From Candidatus Poribacteria bacterium (GTDB taxonomy: Bacteria; Poribacteria; WGA-4E; WGA-3G), in the NCBI GenBank assembly GCA_022820835.1, contig JAJEET010000128.1:10744-74743 (forward strand): a DNA stretch of 64,000 nucleotides. The letters run 5' to 3'. Position 1 is the stretch's first letter. Every line of letters starts with the position of its first letter. The position numbers and the translations under genes are program-made. Positions 48,108 to 56,956 of the stretch are shown one piece after another. The notes under the pieces are model-generated. The model saw only the letters and a program-made list of their open reading frames with translations, was not told the DNA's origin and made no database searches.

Positions 48108-48557
48108 TCAATAATCCTCAACATTCTCATAAAAGTCGGTCTCTGGTAAGTATTCTTCCTCGTTAAGTTCGTCCTCCTCATGCGCCTCGTATTCGGATAG
48201 ACTGAGAAGTGCATCTATCTCGCTTGGGTTTTCCATGTAGAATTTACATATCCATCCATCACCTTCTGGAAAACGATTAAGAAGTTCGATGTCATCTTCA
48301 AGAGCCGAATTAATTTCATATATCTCTCCGCTGACAGGTGCGTAGATATAATGGTTCTGCCCATCCGAAGTCTCAATACGTCCAATTATCTCTCCCTGTT
48401 CGTATTCATCCAGCTGTGGTAAATCCACAAAAACAATGTTTCCATATACGTCCTGAATCCGTTCGGTCATTCCGACATTACATTCCCATGAATCTAAATC
48501 AAGAATTTCAATCCACTCATGCGTAGTTGTATATTTTATTTCTAAATTTTTCACCAC
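48108..48557 (-). CDS. Glycine-cleavage H-protein-like protein lacking the lipoyl-lysine, with an acidic tail
   Basis: GTG 48557 lies 6 nt after GGAGGA. YTTTHEWIE, VGMT, IVFVDLP, YAPVSGEIYEIN and GDGWICKF align with GcvH, but the ESVKA lipoylation site reads IETSDGQNH. The C-terminus is rich in E/D. Confidence 0.65.
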   Translation of the reverse strand: MVKNLEIKYTTTHEWIEILDLDSWECNVGMTERIQDVYGNIVFVDLPQLDEYEQGEIIGRIETSDGQNHYIYAPVSGEIYEINSALEDDIELLNRFPEGDGWICKFYMENPSEIDALLSLSEYEAHEEDELNEEEYLPETDFYENVEDY

Positions 48558-48589
48558 GAATAGTCCTCCATGAAACATGATGAATTTCG

Positions 48590-49186
48590 TCAAGTTACGA
48601 TTCTATAGGCTTGAATCTGGGATTTGAAGGTGTCGAGTGTACTTCGTCGGAGCTGCATCTCCACAATAGGATCCGGCTCGTACTTGATATCGACGACCTT
48701 CCCACCCAAACGTTTGCAAAGGTTAACAACATTTCCAATATCTGGATAATTGACACTTAGACACAATTTTTCATAAAATATCTTGGTTTCGATAGTTGCG
48801 TTGTGTAGACAGTCTCTCGCACACTGTCCGTAAGCACGAATTAATCCACCGACACCGAGGTTGATTCCGCCATAATATCGGGTAACAACACAGACAACAT
48901 TAGATAAATCGCAAGCACGAATTGCGTTAAGGATAGGGGGACCCGCTGAATGTGTAGGTTCTCCGGCATCTGTTGCGTATTCACGTCGTGAGCTGCCATT
49001 ACCGATGCTGTAAGCATAGCAGTAGTGTGATGCGCGAGGATTCCGTTCTTTGACTTCTGCGAGAAAATTTTTCACTAAGGCTTGTGTGTGAACGGATGTC
49101 GCCTCGCCATAAAAGCGAGATTTCTTGGCAACGTGATGTGAGAGAGCAGCCCCCGCCACCGTTTTGTATTGGTCAAGATGTGTCAC
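48590..49186 (-). CDS. YigZ/IMPACT-family protein (UPF0029)
   Basis: KKSRFYGEA, ASHYCYAY, DAGEPTHSAGPPIL and VVTRYYGGINLGVGGLIRAY are IMPACT-N signatures. GTG start after AGGA. Confidence 0.8.
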   Translation of the reverse strand: MTHLDQYKTVAGAALSHHVAKKSRFYGEATSVHTQALVKNFLAEVKERNPRASHYCYAYSIGNGSSRREYATDAGEPTHSAGPPILNAIRACDLSNVVCVVTRYYGGINLGVGGLIRAYGQCARDCLHNATIETKIFYEKLCLSVNYPDIGNVVNLCKRLGGKVVDIKYEPDPIVEMQLRRSTLDTFKSQIQAYRIVT

Positions 49187-49216
49187 AATTTTTCCTGTTT
49201 TGCGTAAATCCTACTA

Positions 49217-50368
49217 TTAGAAGGTTTGTCCGATTGAAAAGGTATAAATGTAATCGCCCTGGACAGCACTGATGCGTTCTTCAGTCATTATAGTGGGTAT
49301 GAACTGCGGCGTATACGCAGCATCAAATGTTATACTGCCAAATCGCACCCCGAGTCCAAAGCAGAAACCTTCAGCCTTCCAGAGGCGTTCTTGGATTTCA
49401 AACGTAGCATTATCCAAAAGTAATACTGAAGCGTAACGTATTTCGGTGTGTCGGAGGTAACCGATTCTGGCACCGATTCGGTGACGGTACCACACCTCAG
49501 TCCCGACATTTGTACGGATACCATTTTGGAACGGTGGATGCACATCAAAACCGACGCGTAAAGAGATGTCCGATATTTCACGCTGATAGGCGACACCTAC
49601 AGCAATTGCTCGTGTTATCCTATCAGGGATAGAGGCATCCGAAAAGGAGAGTCCATTACTCAGGTTTCTCGCAACGACACCCACCTGAATAGCATCACTG
49701 ACTTGTTGGATAATACCGAAGTTATAAGCGTAGCCATGTCCTAAGTGTTCACCGCCATCGGTATCCGTCACCTTAGATCGGATCCACTTCGTATCGACAC
49801 CAATATGTGTATTCTCCAAGATATTTAATCCGTAACTGAAACCGAATGCGAGGTTATTCTCAGGGAAACTGTTGAGTGCTTTTCCGAGATGGTTAACGCG
49901 TCGAAAACGTCCTTCTTGTAGGAACGAGAATGCCACTGCTAACGTGCCGAATTGTTCCATTGGAAACACACAGTTTAGCGTTTCAATACCGTAAGCGCGT
50001 TGTTCATACTGAGCATAATCTTCATAATTTGCGTTGAGGTTCGGTTTAGATAACAGTGCGATTGTCCGTGGAAATCGGGTTGCGTGGATAGCGAATTGGG
50101 TTGTTTCTGCAGCGGCGATACCGGCTGGATTACTACCGACAGCGTTTGCGTCGCGTGTGGTACCGACAAACGTACCGCCCATTCCGTAATGTTCAGCTCC
50201 GAGTAGTTGTTTAAGGAAGCCATCCGCTGCAGCTGAAGTATTCGCGGCTGAAACACTACTGCTGAAAATAGTAAAGTAGAACGCGACAAGATAAAATAGG
50301 ACAGGTAAAGCACAATTGTGGATGTATTTCACTTTTAACCTCAGACAAAAGAGATACCGGCGACCCAT
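49217..50368 (-). CDS. Outer-membrane beta-barrel protein, PorV/PorQ-like
   Basis: Signal peptide ...FSSSVSA/A. N-terminal GAEHYGMGGTFVGTTRDANAVGSNPAGIA resembles the PorV/PorQ-family motif. Alternating beta-strand pattern and a terminal F. Alternative start GTG 50332. Confidence 0.6.
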   Translation of the reverse strand: MGRRYLFCLRLKVKYIHNCALPVLFYLVAFYFTIFSSSVSAANTSAAADGFLKQLLGAEHYGMGGTFVGTTRDANAVGSNPAGIAAAETTQFAIHATRFPRTIALLSKPNLNANYEDYAQYEQRAYGIETLNCVFPMEQFGTLAVAFSFLQEGRFRRVNHLGKALNSFPENNLAFGFSYGLNILENTHIGVDTKWIRSKVTDTDGGEHLGHGYAYNFGIIQQVSDAIQVGVVARNLSNGLSFSDASIPDRITRAIAVGVAYQREISDISLRVGFDVHPPFQNGIRTNVGTEVWYRHRIGARIGYLRHTEIRYASVLLLDNATFEIQERLWKAEGFCFGLGVRFGSITFDAAYTPQFIPTIMTEERISAVQGDYIYTFSIGQTF

Positions 50369-50375
50369 CGTCTCT

Positions 50376-50807
50376 TTAAGAGTTACGAAAGTCGGGTGAA
50401 AACTGGGGGTCAGTGCATACAGTGCAAAGTGTTACCTGTGCGATCGCATACACGTTTGTATGTGACATAGAGACGAACACCGAACTGATGTTCCGTTCAT
50501 CAGCACAACGGCGAACTTCTCCATATAGAACGATTTCAGGTTTTCCAGATACATCCGTTTGGATTTCTACATCTTGCCAACGCATACCGGTGGTTAGTCC
50601 GGTGCCGAGAGCCTTCAGTGTTGCCTCTTTAGCAGCAAAACGGGCGGCAAGCCGCCAGTATCGAGAAGGTGCGCTCCCACAATATGTGAGTTCCTGATGT
50701 GTGTAGATTCGGTGCTCAAATCGTGTGCCCCATCGACGGGACGCTCCCTGAATCCGTTCAACTTCAACAATATCAATACCGATTCCGTATATTTTTTCTT
50801 GGTACAT
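50376..50807 (-). CDS. acpS: Holo-[acyl-carrier-protein] synthase
   Basis: GIGIDIVEVERI and FAAKEATLKALG are 4'-phosphopantetheinyl transferase motifs. ATG 50807 lies 4 nt after the folP stop. ATG 50828 is the alternative. Confidence 0.85.
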   Translation of the reverse strand: MYQEKIYGIGIDIVEVERIQGASRRWGTRFEHRIYTHQELTYCGSAPSRYWRLAARFAAKEATLKALGTGLTTGMRWQDVEIQTDVSGKPEIVLYGEVRRCADERNISSVFVSMSHTNVYAIAQVTLCTVCTDPQFSPDFRNS

Positions 50808-50811
50808 TGAT

Positions 50812-51636
50812 TTATCTACAAAGTGCATCAGTCATCAGAGTGGCCCGGACATTCGCCTTGACATCGTGAACGCGTATAATGTCTGCTCCATGTGCGATTG
50901 CCCAGCATACGGTAGCGACAGTCCCTTCAACGCGCTCCGTTACCGGTAGATCTAAAATATTCCCGATAAACGACTTACGTGAGGTGCCGATGAGCAGCGG
51001 TTTATTCAATGATCGGAATTCGGAGAGTCGTTTTAAAAGTTCAATATTATGTTCCGTCGTTTTACCAAACCCGATGCCTGGATCTATGATAATCCGTTCA
51101 GGAGCGACCCCTTGTGCTTCAGCATATTGGACACGTTCGCTTAGTGATGCGCAAACATCGCGAACGACATCTTCATATTGTGGTGCCTGTTGCATCGTGC
51201 GCGGCGTGCCTTTCATGTGCATCAGGATAAGCCCTGCCTCCGTTCCAGCGACAACAGATACCATATCGGGATCACCATGTAGAGCGGTGATATCGTTGAC
51301 GATATGTGCGCCAGCCTCCAATGCTTTCCGAGCGACTTCCGCTTTAAACGTATCAATGGAGATCACGACATCAAGTGCGTCAGCCACAAGACGAACAATA
51401 GGTAATACGCGATTTAATTCCTCGGTTGATGATACTGGTGATGCCCCAGGACGCGAGGACTCACCACCTATGTCGATGAGCGTTGCGCCTTCATCTACCA
51501 TCAATTTTGCATGATCCAGGGCTTGTTGGACATCAAGGTATTGCCCGGCATCGGAGAAGGAGTCCGGTGTGACGTTCAATATCCCCATTACATGTGTGCG
51601 TTCGCCTAACGCAAGTATTTTGCCGCGGCAGTTCAT
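50812..51636 (-). CDS. folP: Dihydropteroate synthase
   Basis: GILNVTPDSFSDAG, IDIGGESSRPGA, NDITAL and DPGIGFGKT. ATGA overlaps the ftsH stop. Confidence 0.95.
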   Translation of the reverse strand: MNCRGKILALGERTHVMGILNVTPDSFSDAGQYLDVQQALDHAKLMVDEGATLIDIGGESSRPGASPVSSTEELNRVLPIVRLVADALDVVISIDTFKAEVARKALEAGAHIVNDITALHGDPDMVSVVAGTEAGLILMHMKGTPRTMQQAPQYEDVVRDVCASLSERVQYAEAQGVAPERIIIDPGIGFGKTTEHNIELLKRLSEFRSLNKPLLIGTSRKSFIGNILDLPVTERVEGTVATVCWAIAHGADIIRVHDVKANVRATLMTDALCR

Positions 51637-53555
51637 ACAATTGGACTTGGAGGCAGTTGTGGTCGGGGTCCAAGGATTTCATCAATTTCTTCAGTAACAA
51701 GCGTTTCTCGCTCTAAGAGTGCATCCGCCAACAACTTTAATCCTTCAAGATTCGTCTCCAAAATATTACGTGCCTTTTTGTAGCAATCCGTAACGATGTC
51801 GTGAACTGCTTTATCAATTGCGATAGCCGTCTCTTCACTATAATCTTGATGGACACCCAATTCCTTGCCGAGGAAGACCTGTTCATCACGTCTGCCGAAA
51901 GTGAGGGGTCCGAGGTGGCTCATTCCCCACTGTGTTACCATCCGTCGTGCGAGACTTGTCGCCTGCTCAAAATCATTCTGTGCGCCGGTTGTCTGTTCAC
52001 CAAAGATAATTTCTTCGGCGACGCGTCCACCGAGTGCAAAAATAATATGAGCAAGTAGCCGTTTTTTACTCATGTTATGTCGTTCCTCAAGCGGTAGCAT
52101 TGCAGTGACTCCGAGTGCTCTGCCGCGTGGAACAATCGTGCACTTATAGTTCGGATCGCTTTCTGGTACGAAGTGTAACATAAGTGCGTGTCCGGCTTCA
52201 TGATAAGCAGTGATTCGTCTCTCCTCATCGCTAATAACGAGGCTCCGGCGTTCGGGCCCCATAATCACGCGGTCCTTTGCTTCGTCAAAGCACATCATGT
52301 CGATTTCTGTTTGGTCGGATCTTGCGGCGAGCAGTGCGGCTTCATTCGTCATATTTTCGAGATCGGCACCGGAGAAGCCAGGTGTAGCCTTCGCCAAGAT
52401 TTCTAAATCAACATTTTCGGCGAGTTTATAGGGTGATTTCGTATGTACTTTAAGTATCGCTTCCCTTCCACGTACATCGGGCAGATCAACGACGATTTGT
52501 CGGTCAAAACGCCCGGGTCGAAGGAGCGCGGGGTCTAAAACATCCGGACGGTTCGTTGCTGCGATGAGAATGACACCGGGTACATCTTCAAATCCTTGCA
52601 TTTCAACAAGGAGTTGATTTAAGGTCTGTTCACGTTCATCATGTCCGCCGCCGATCCCGGCACCTCGATGCCTACCGACGGCATCTAATTCATCGATAAA
52701 AATAATACAGGGTGCATTCTTTTTACCGAGTTCAAAGAGGTCTCGTACGCGTGATGCGCCTACACCGACGAACATTTCAACGAAATCGGAGCCGCTGATA
52801 CTATAGAACGGAACATCGGCTTCACCTGCGACAGCTTTTGCGAGCATCGTCTTCCCGGTTCCCGGTGGTCCCATGAGTAGTACGCCCTTGGGTATTCTTC
52901 CGCCGAGTCGTTCAAATTTTTTCGGTGTCTTCAGAAATTGGATAACTTCCTCAAGTGCCTCTTTGGCTTCATCAACGCCGGCGACATCTTCAAATGTTAT
53001 TTTCGTTTGCGTCTCAGAATGGAGTCTTGCTCGGCTTTTTCCGAAGGAGAGTGCTCTATTCCCGCTCCCCTGCATCTGACGAGATAGGAAGATCATTAAC
53101 CCTAAGAAAATAAGGAGCGGGACAATTGTTGTGCCAAAGATAAGCAGTCCCTGTGGAAATTTAGATGGAGGCTTAACATTATACCTAACCCCCGCCTCAC
53201 GAAGTTTCTCTTGGATACTGTAGTCATCAATTGGGTCCCGGCTTGCTCTAAATTCACCTTTCCAATTCGGTGGCAGATGCGTTTCTACTTCGTTAATCGG
53301 CACCTTCTGCAAAATTTGAGTCTTGACATCCTCGACGGAATTCTCGTGAAATCGCCCTTCAACCCATTCTTCGTCCAATATTAAGTATCCGCCGAAGACC
53401 TTTGGATCGCTCGCTATATATTCATGAAAGTCAGAGGTTGCCAGTTGATACACTGGATCTCTGCGGTTGAATAGTTGGTAGATACCGAGTACAACGATAC
53501 CCGCAATAACCACCCACCATATCACCATACTTCTTGTACTTTTATTCACAACCAA
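51633..53555 (-). CDS. ftsH: ATP-dependent zinc metalloprotease FtsH
   Basis: Two TM helices, Walker [12 protein letters not shown] region and zinc motif HEAGHAL. 640 aa. Confidence 0.95.
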   Translation of the reverse strand: MVVNKSTRSMVIWWVVIAGIVVLGIYQLFNRRDPVYQLATSDFHEYIASDPKVFGGYLILDEEWVEGRFHENSVEDVKTQILQKVPINEVETHLPPNWKGEFRASRDPIDDYSIQEKLREAGVRYNVKPPSKFPQGLLIFGTTIVPLLIFLGLMIFLSRQMQGSGNRALSFGKSRARLHSETQTKITFEDVAGVDEAKEALEEVIQFLKTPKKFERLGGRIPKGVLLMGPPGTGKTMLAKAVAGEADVPFYSISGSDFVEMFVGVGASRVRDLFELGKKNAPCIIFIDELDAVGRHRGAGIGGGHDEREQTLNQLLVEMQGFEDVPGVILIAATNRPDVLDPALLRPGRFDRQIVVDLPDVRGREAILKVHTKSPYKLAENVDLEILAKATPGFSGADLENMTNEAALLAARSDQTEIDMMCFDEAKDRVIMGPERRSLVISDEERRITAYHEAGHALMLHFVPESDPNYKCTIVPRGRALGVTAMLPLEERHNMSKKRLLAHIIFALGGRVAEEIIFGEQTTGAQNDFEQATSLARRMVTQWGMSHLGPLTFGRRDEQVFLGKELGVHQDYSEETAIAIDKAVHDIVTDCYKKARNILETNLEGLKLLADALLERETLVTEEIDEILGPRPQLPPSPIV

Positions 53556-53880
53556 TTGCCTCTCTATTAGGATCTGCGCTCAGTCTAAAAATGCAATTTT
53601 AAAACCTGTTTAAAAGTATAACAAATTTTTTTCTTAATTTCAACTGATTTTTCAAAAATTGCTTTTTTGAAAGCCTCAGACTCGAAATTGCTATTTTTAA
53701 TTGGATAAAAGTATCGGTGTTAATGTATACTTTATTAAGTGAAGAATTTGTAGATAAAAACGACAAAATTCTTGATAGACATCACACATTTGTCTACTCT
53801 TATTCCACAGGTAAAGAGAACAAGATCAAAACGCTCCATTGTACCTCTTTCAGAAAGAGATATAGAATAAGGAGGGATTC

Positions 53881-54591
53881 ATGTGCCTCAACAGACATAT
53901 AATTGCCATATTTTGTTTTCTGCTTATGACTATCCCCTATGCCTTAGGACATGTTACAGGTAGAAATCTTCAAAATTTCCAATATAATGCGGAACTCGCG
54001 TCAGTTGCACCTATCGTTGACGGTTACCTTGACGATCCAGTTTGGGAAACAGCAATCCCGGGAAAACTGGAACAGGATTTATTAACAGGTCGACACCGGG
54101 CTGAATCGAGTGATTTTACAGGATCTTTCGCGGCGGTCTGGCGCAATGGTTTTCTTTATATTGCGATAAAACTCATAGACGATCAACTTGAAACGAATCA
54201 AAGTAAACTTCTCCTTGAAGACCATCTCATCATTTATCTGGATCCGCACCATTCAGGTCGGAAAGATGATCTTTATCGCTTTGAAATCCCTATTCGGAAT
54301 GCGTCGAAAATGCTTAACTATCCGCTCACACGCGTCGAATGGGGGAACAACGGACAGACGTGTGAACTGAGTTTCCAAATTGGCGACATCGCCCAAAAAG
54401 GTAAGACTGTTGGATTCTCGATTGCCTATAACGATATTGATGGTGGACAACAACAGCACAAAATCGGTTGGGCACCGGACGGTTACACAGAGGAGAACGA
54501 GTTTCTTCCCGACCTCGTTTTCACTGCGAGGATTGAACCGAATAAACAACAAAAATTAATTCAATGGGGACGTATTAAAAGCCTCTACTAA
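53881..54591 (+). CDS. Secreted CBM9/DOMON-like sugar-binding-type protein
   Basis: AAGGAGG RBS and a signal peptide. APIVDGYLDDPVWETA and YIAIKLIDD are typical of CBM9-like modules (from memory). The protein ends with IEPNKQQKLIQWGRIKSLY. Confidence 0.55.
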   Translation: MCLNRHIIAIFCFLLMTIPYALGHVTGRNLQNFQYNAELASVAPIVDGYLDDPVWETAIPGKLEQDLLTGRHRAESSDFTGSFAAVWRNGFLYIAIKLIDDQLETNQSKLLLEDHLIIYLDPHHSGRKDDLYRFEIPIRNASKMLNYPLTRVEWGNNGQTCELSFQIGDIAQKGKTVGFSIAYNDIDGGQQQHKIGWAPDGYTEENEFLPDLVFTARIEPNKQQKLIQWGRIKSLY

Positions 54592-54597
54592 TCAATT

Positions 54598-54634
54598 GCT
54601 GTAGGGTAAAGCATTTAAAAAACTTACCCTACAG
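54598..54634 (+). terminator. Hairpin after the CBM9-like gene
   Basis: 11-bp stem CTGTAGGGTAA / TTACCCTACAG with a 15-nt A-rich loop, 7 nt after the stop. There is no U-tract, so terminator function is uncertain. Confidence 0.4.
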
Positions 54635-54655
54635 TTCCACAGCATTGGAGAATTG

Positions 54656-54838
54656 GTGTATTATATCGGAAAAACGTTGGAACTCATGGGGATAGTCTGT
54701 TTAGGTGCAGGACTCTATCTAGGTTGTGTCAACCCCTTTGATTACAGTGAATCGAAAGCGATGGGTGTCGAGATGGGTTTTCTAACGCTCGGCGTCTTAA
54801 TCTTTTTCGTCGGAAGACTCATTGAAAAACGTTCTTAG
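54656..54838 (+). CDS. Small two-TM membrane protein
   Basis: GTG 54656 lies 5 nt after GGAG. Two hydrophobic helices (LELMGIVCLGAGLYLGCV and GFLTLGVLIFFVGRLI). It ends 20 nt before the methyltransferase gene. Confidence 0.5.
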   Translation: MYYIGKTLELMGIVCLGAGLYLGCVNPFDYSESKAMGVEMGFLTLGVLIFFVGRLIEKRS

Positions 54839-54858
54839 ACACCAACAATACGCAAGAA

Positions 54859-55896
54859 ATGCAATATACACCTGAAAACGCCCAGAAAGTTGGAGATGCT
54901 CTCCCGATTGACCAAATTCTGTGCGGTGACAACCTCGACCTCATCCAAAAATTACCAGACTGTAGTATTCAACTGGTGATTACGTCTCCGCCCTACTTTC
55001 AGCAGCGCGATTATGGCGGTGGTATGGGAAATGAAACGGATGTCGATGAATACATCAATATACTCCTGTGCCTTTTTCGCGAATGTACCCGAGTTGTGAA
55101 AGACGATGGCAGTATTGTGTTCAATATAGGCGACAAGTATATGGACAGCAACCTGCTACTTGTTCCCTATCGTTTCGCACTCGCCGCCACAGAAACGGGT
55201 TTAGTCAAACTCGTTAATGAAGTCACATGGGTTAAACGAAATCCAACCCCACGCCAATTTCGCCGTCGTCTTGTTAGTAGTACTGAACCTTTCTTCCATT
55301 TTGCAAAATCAGATAACTATTACTACGACATCAATGCCTTCTTAGCACAGGAGCGGGCCCAAAAACAACGAAATAAAAAAGGGAACACTAAACTTGGGCA
55401 GCGATATTTTGAACTCATCTCGGAATCTGAATTGTCAAAATCCGAAAAGACTGCTGCGCGCAAAGAACTTACAGAAGTCATCCAAGAAGTCCTTCATGGG
55501 CAAATATACGATTTTAGGATGAAAATCCGAGGCATTCACGCAGAGCCGTTCGGTGGGCAGATAGGTGGACGTACACTGCAATTGAAAAATAAAGGATTCA
55601 CAATCATTCGGATGCACGGCAATAAACTTAAACGAGACGTGATCGAAACATCCGTAGCTGCAGTCAAAGGCAACAAACATCCAGCAATCTATCCAGTTGA
55701 AGTTGTAGAAGAATTTTTACATCTCCTGACCCGTCCGGGCTCATTAGTGCTCGACCCATTTATGGGTTCCGGGTCAACTGCAGTCGCTTGTAAAAAGCTG
55801 GGTAGACATTATATTGGCTACGACATCAACGCTACATACTGTGAAGATGCTCGACAGCGTGTTTCAGAAATGCCGAAGTATCGCTTAATCAATTAG
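54859..55896 (+). CDS. Beta-class (N4-cytosine/N6-adenine) DNA methyltransferase with no adjacent restriction enzyme
   Basis: Motif IV ITSPPYFQQRDYG precedes motif I LDPFMGSGSTAVA, the beta-class order of the N4/N6 MTase family. Confidence 0.8.
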   Translation: MQYTPENAQKVGDALPIDQILCGDNLDLIQKLPDCSIQLVITSPPYFQQRDYGGGMGNETDVDEYINILLCLFRECTRVVKDDGSIVFNIGDKYMDSNLLLVPYRFALAATETGLVKLVNEVTWVKRNPTPRQFRRRLVSSTEPFFHFAKSDNYYYDINAFLAQERAQKQRNKKGNTKLGQRYFELISESELSKSEKTAARKELTEVIQEVLHGQIYDFRMKIRGIHAEPFGGQIGGRTLQLKNKGFTIIRMHGNKLKRDVIETSVAAVKGNKHPAIYPVEVVEEFLHLLTRPGSLVLDPFMGSGSTAVACKKLGRHYIGYDINATYCEDARQRVSEMPKYRLIN

Positions 55897-56775
55897 CTGC
55901 ATAATTGCAATCCCTTGTTCACCTGCCGCAGAATAGAGTAACCACTTCTCTCCACTTTCGCAATAGATCGCCGGATCGCGGAGTTCATGTACGCGCTCCC
56001 GATCTAACCCACCTGTTGACGGTCTAACCGGTAAATCCACACCCTCAAAATCGTATTTCGGCGCGATGACCTCTATCGGTTCAGACGGCTGCCAATCGTT
56101 CCAATCCTCTGTTAACTGTACAGTGCTTTTTCGGATACGCTCTGGACTATCTGCATATAGCGAGTAATAGACAGTCAAGGTATCACCTTCAAGAAGGTTG
56201 GCTGTGTGACGTGGGGCACCGGCACGTGCTTTCTCCGATTTACGCGGAAAAAGCGGCGTGTCTCGCTGAACAAAGTCTGCTGTCCATTCTGGGGTTTCAC
56301 CACGACTCATCAAACCGTGATTCGTTGCATACGGGTAACCGTTCCACCAGAAAACACGAAAATAGGGACCCATCTGCCTATTCCGCGTCTCCGAGGCGGT
56401 GTAGTTTATGCCGTCAGTTGATGTCGCCCAACAGGTTGACTGCCCCTGATAACTCCCATGAAAATACATAAAGAAACGACGGTTTTCTTCATCTATATGG
56501 ACATCCGGTGAGGCGATGTGGTCGCCTTCTCGGAATACAGTGTTGTCCCGATGCAGTACACCCGGACGATAGACAGTATAAGGTCCTTCAATCGCATCGG
56601 CGAACGCCATGCGGATATATGCGCCTCGGTGGTGTGCGAAATAGAGATAGTATTTACCCAACGGATTCTCTACCCAATCTGGTACGCGAACGAGTGAAGG
56701 TCCGTTGATATTCGAGAACCCGTGTTCTCTGTCGAGTTCAGGCATTTCAGGATGAATTAGGAGTGTTCGTTTCAT
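55885..56775 (-). CDS. Hypothetical protein, possibly a five-bladed beta-propeller (GH43/117-like) fold
   Basis: GPSLVRVPDW..YYLYFAHHRGAYIRMAFADAIEGPY and repeated aromatic/Gly blades. The family assignment is only an impression. The 3' end overlaps the MTase 3' end by 12 nt. Confidence 0.6.
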   Translation of the reverse strand: MKRTLLIHPEMPELDREHGFSNINGPSLVRVPDWVENPLGKYYLYFAHHRGAYIRMAFADAIEGPYTVYRPGVLHRDNTVFREGDHIASPDVHIDEENRRFFMYFHGSYQGQSTCWATSTDGINYTASETRNRQMGPYFRVFWWNGYPYATNHGLMSRGETPEWTADFVQRDTPLFPRKSEKARAGAPRHTANLLEGDTLTVYYSLYADSPERIRKSTVQLTEDWNDWQPSEPIEVIAPKYDFEGVDLPVRPSTGGLDRERVHELRDPAIYCESGEKWLLYSAAGEQGIAIMQLID

Positions 56776-56791
56776 ATTTTCCTCATTATAG

Positions 56792-56956
56792 GTCTTAATC
56801 GTGTGCTTGGAACCGATATATCAAAGGCACAGGCTAACAGCCTATGCTACAACGGAAAGTCTTAATCGTGTGCTTGGAACCGATATACCAAAGGCACAGG
56901 CTAACAGCCTATGCTACAACGGAAAGTCTTAATCGTGTGCTTGGAACCGATATACC
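56792..56956. repeat. 67-bp tandem repeat (2.4 copies) duplicating the 3' end of the PhyH gene plus a hairpin
   Basis: Units run 56792-56858, 56859-56925 and 56926-56956 (partial). Units 1 and 2 differ at one base. Each starts GTCTTAATCGTGTGCTTGGAACCGATATA, the reverse complement of the last codons plus stop of the 56929-57744 gene. Confidence 0.95.

Noticed and set aside
50879-51514. 211-aa plus-strand ORF antisense to folP. The same issue affects 47116-47595 (antisense to the RNA methyltransferase) and 33008-33457 (antisense to htrA).
   Set aside because: Each lies opposite a confidently identified gene and shows Ser/Arg/Thr-rich antisense-type composition.
53556-53880. 325-bp AT-rich region upstream of ftsH containing a 61-aa ORF (53717-53902).
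   Set aside because: The ORF runs into the RBS and start of the CBM9-like gene and has no RBS of its own. The region is best explained as divergent promoter DNA.
56792-56956. Possible mini-CRISPR array: a 29-nt unit recurring with 38-nt spacers.
   Set aside because: The 'spacers' are identical to each other. The 'repeat' is the 3' end of the adjacent gene. No cas genes are present. It is a plain 67-bp tandem duplication.
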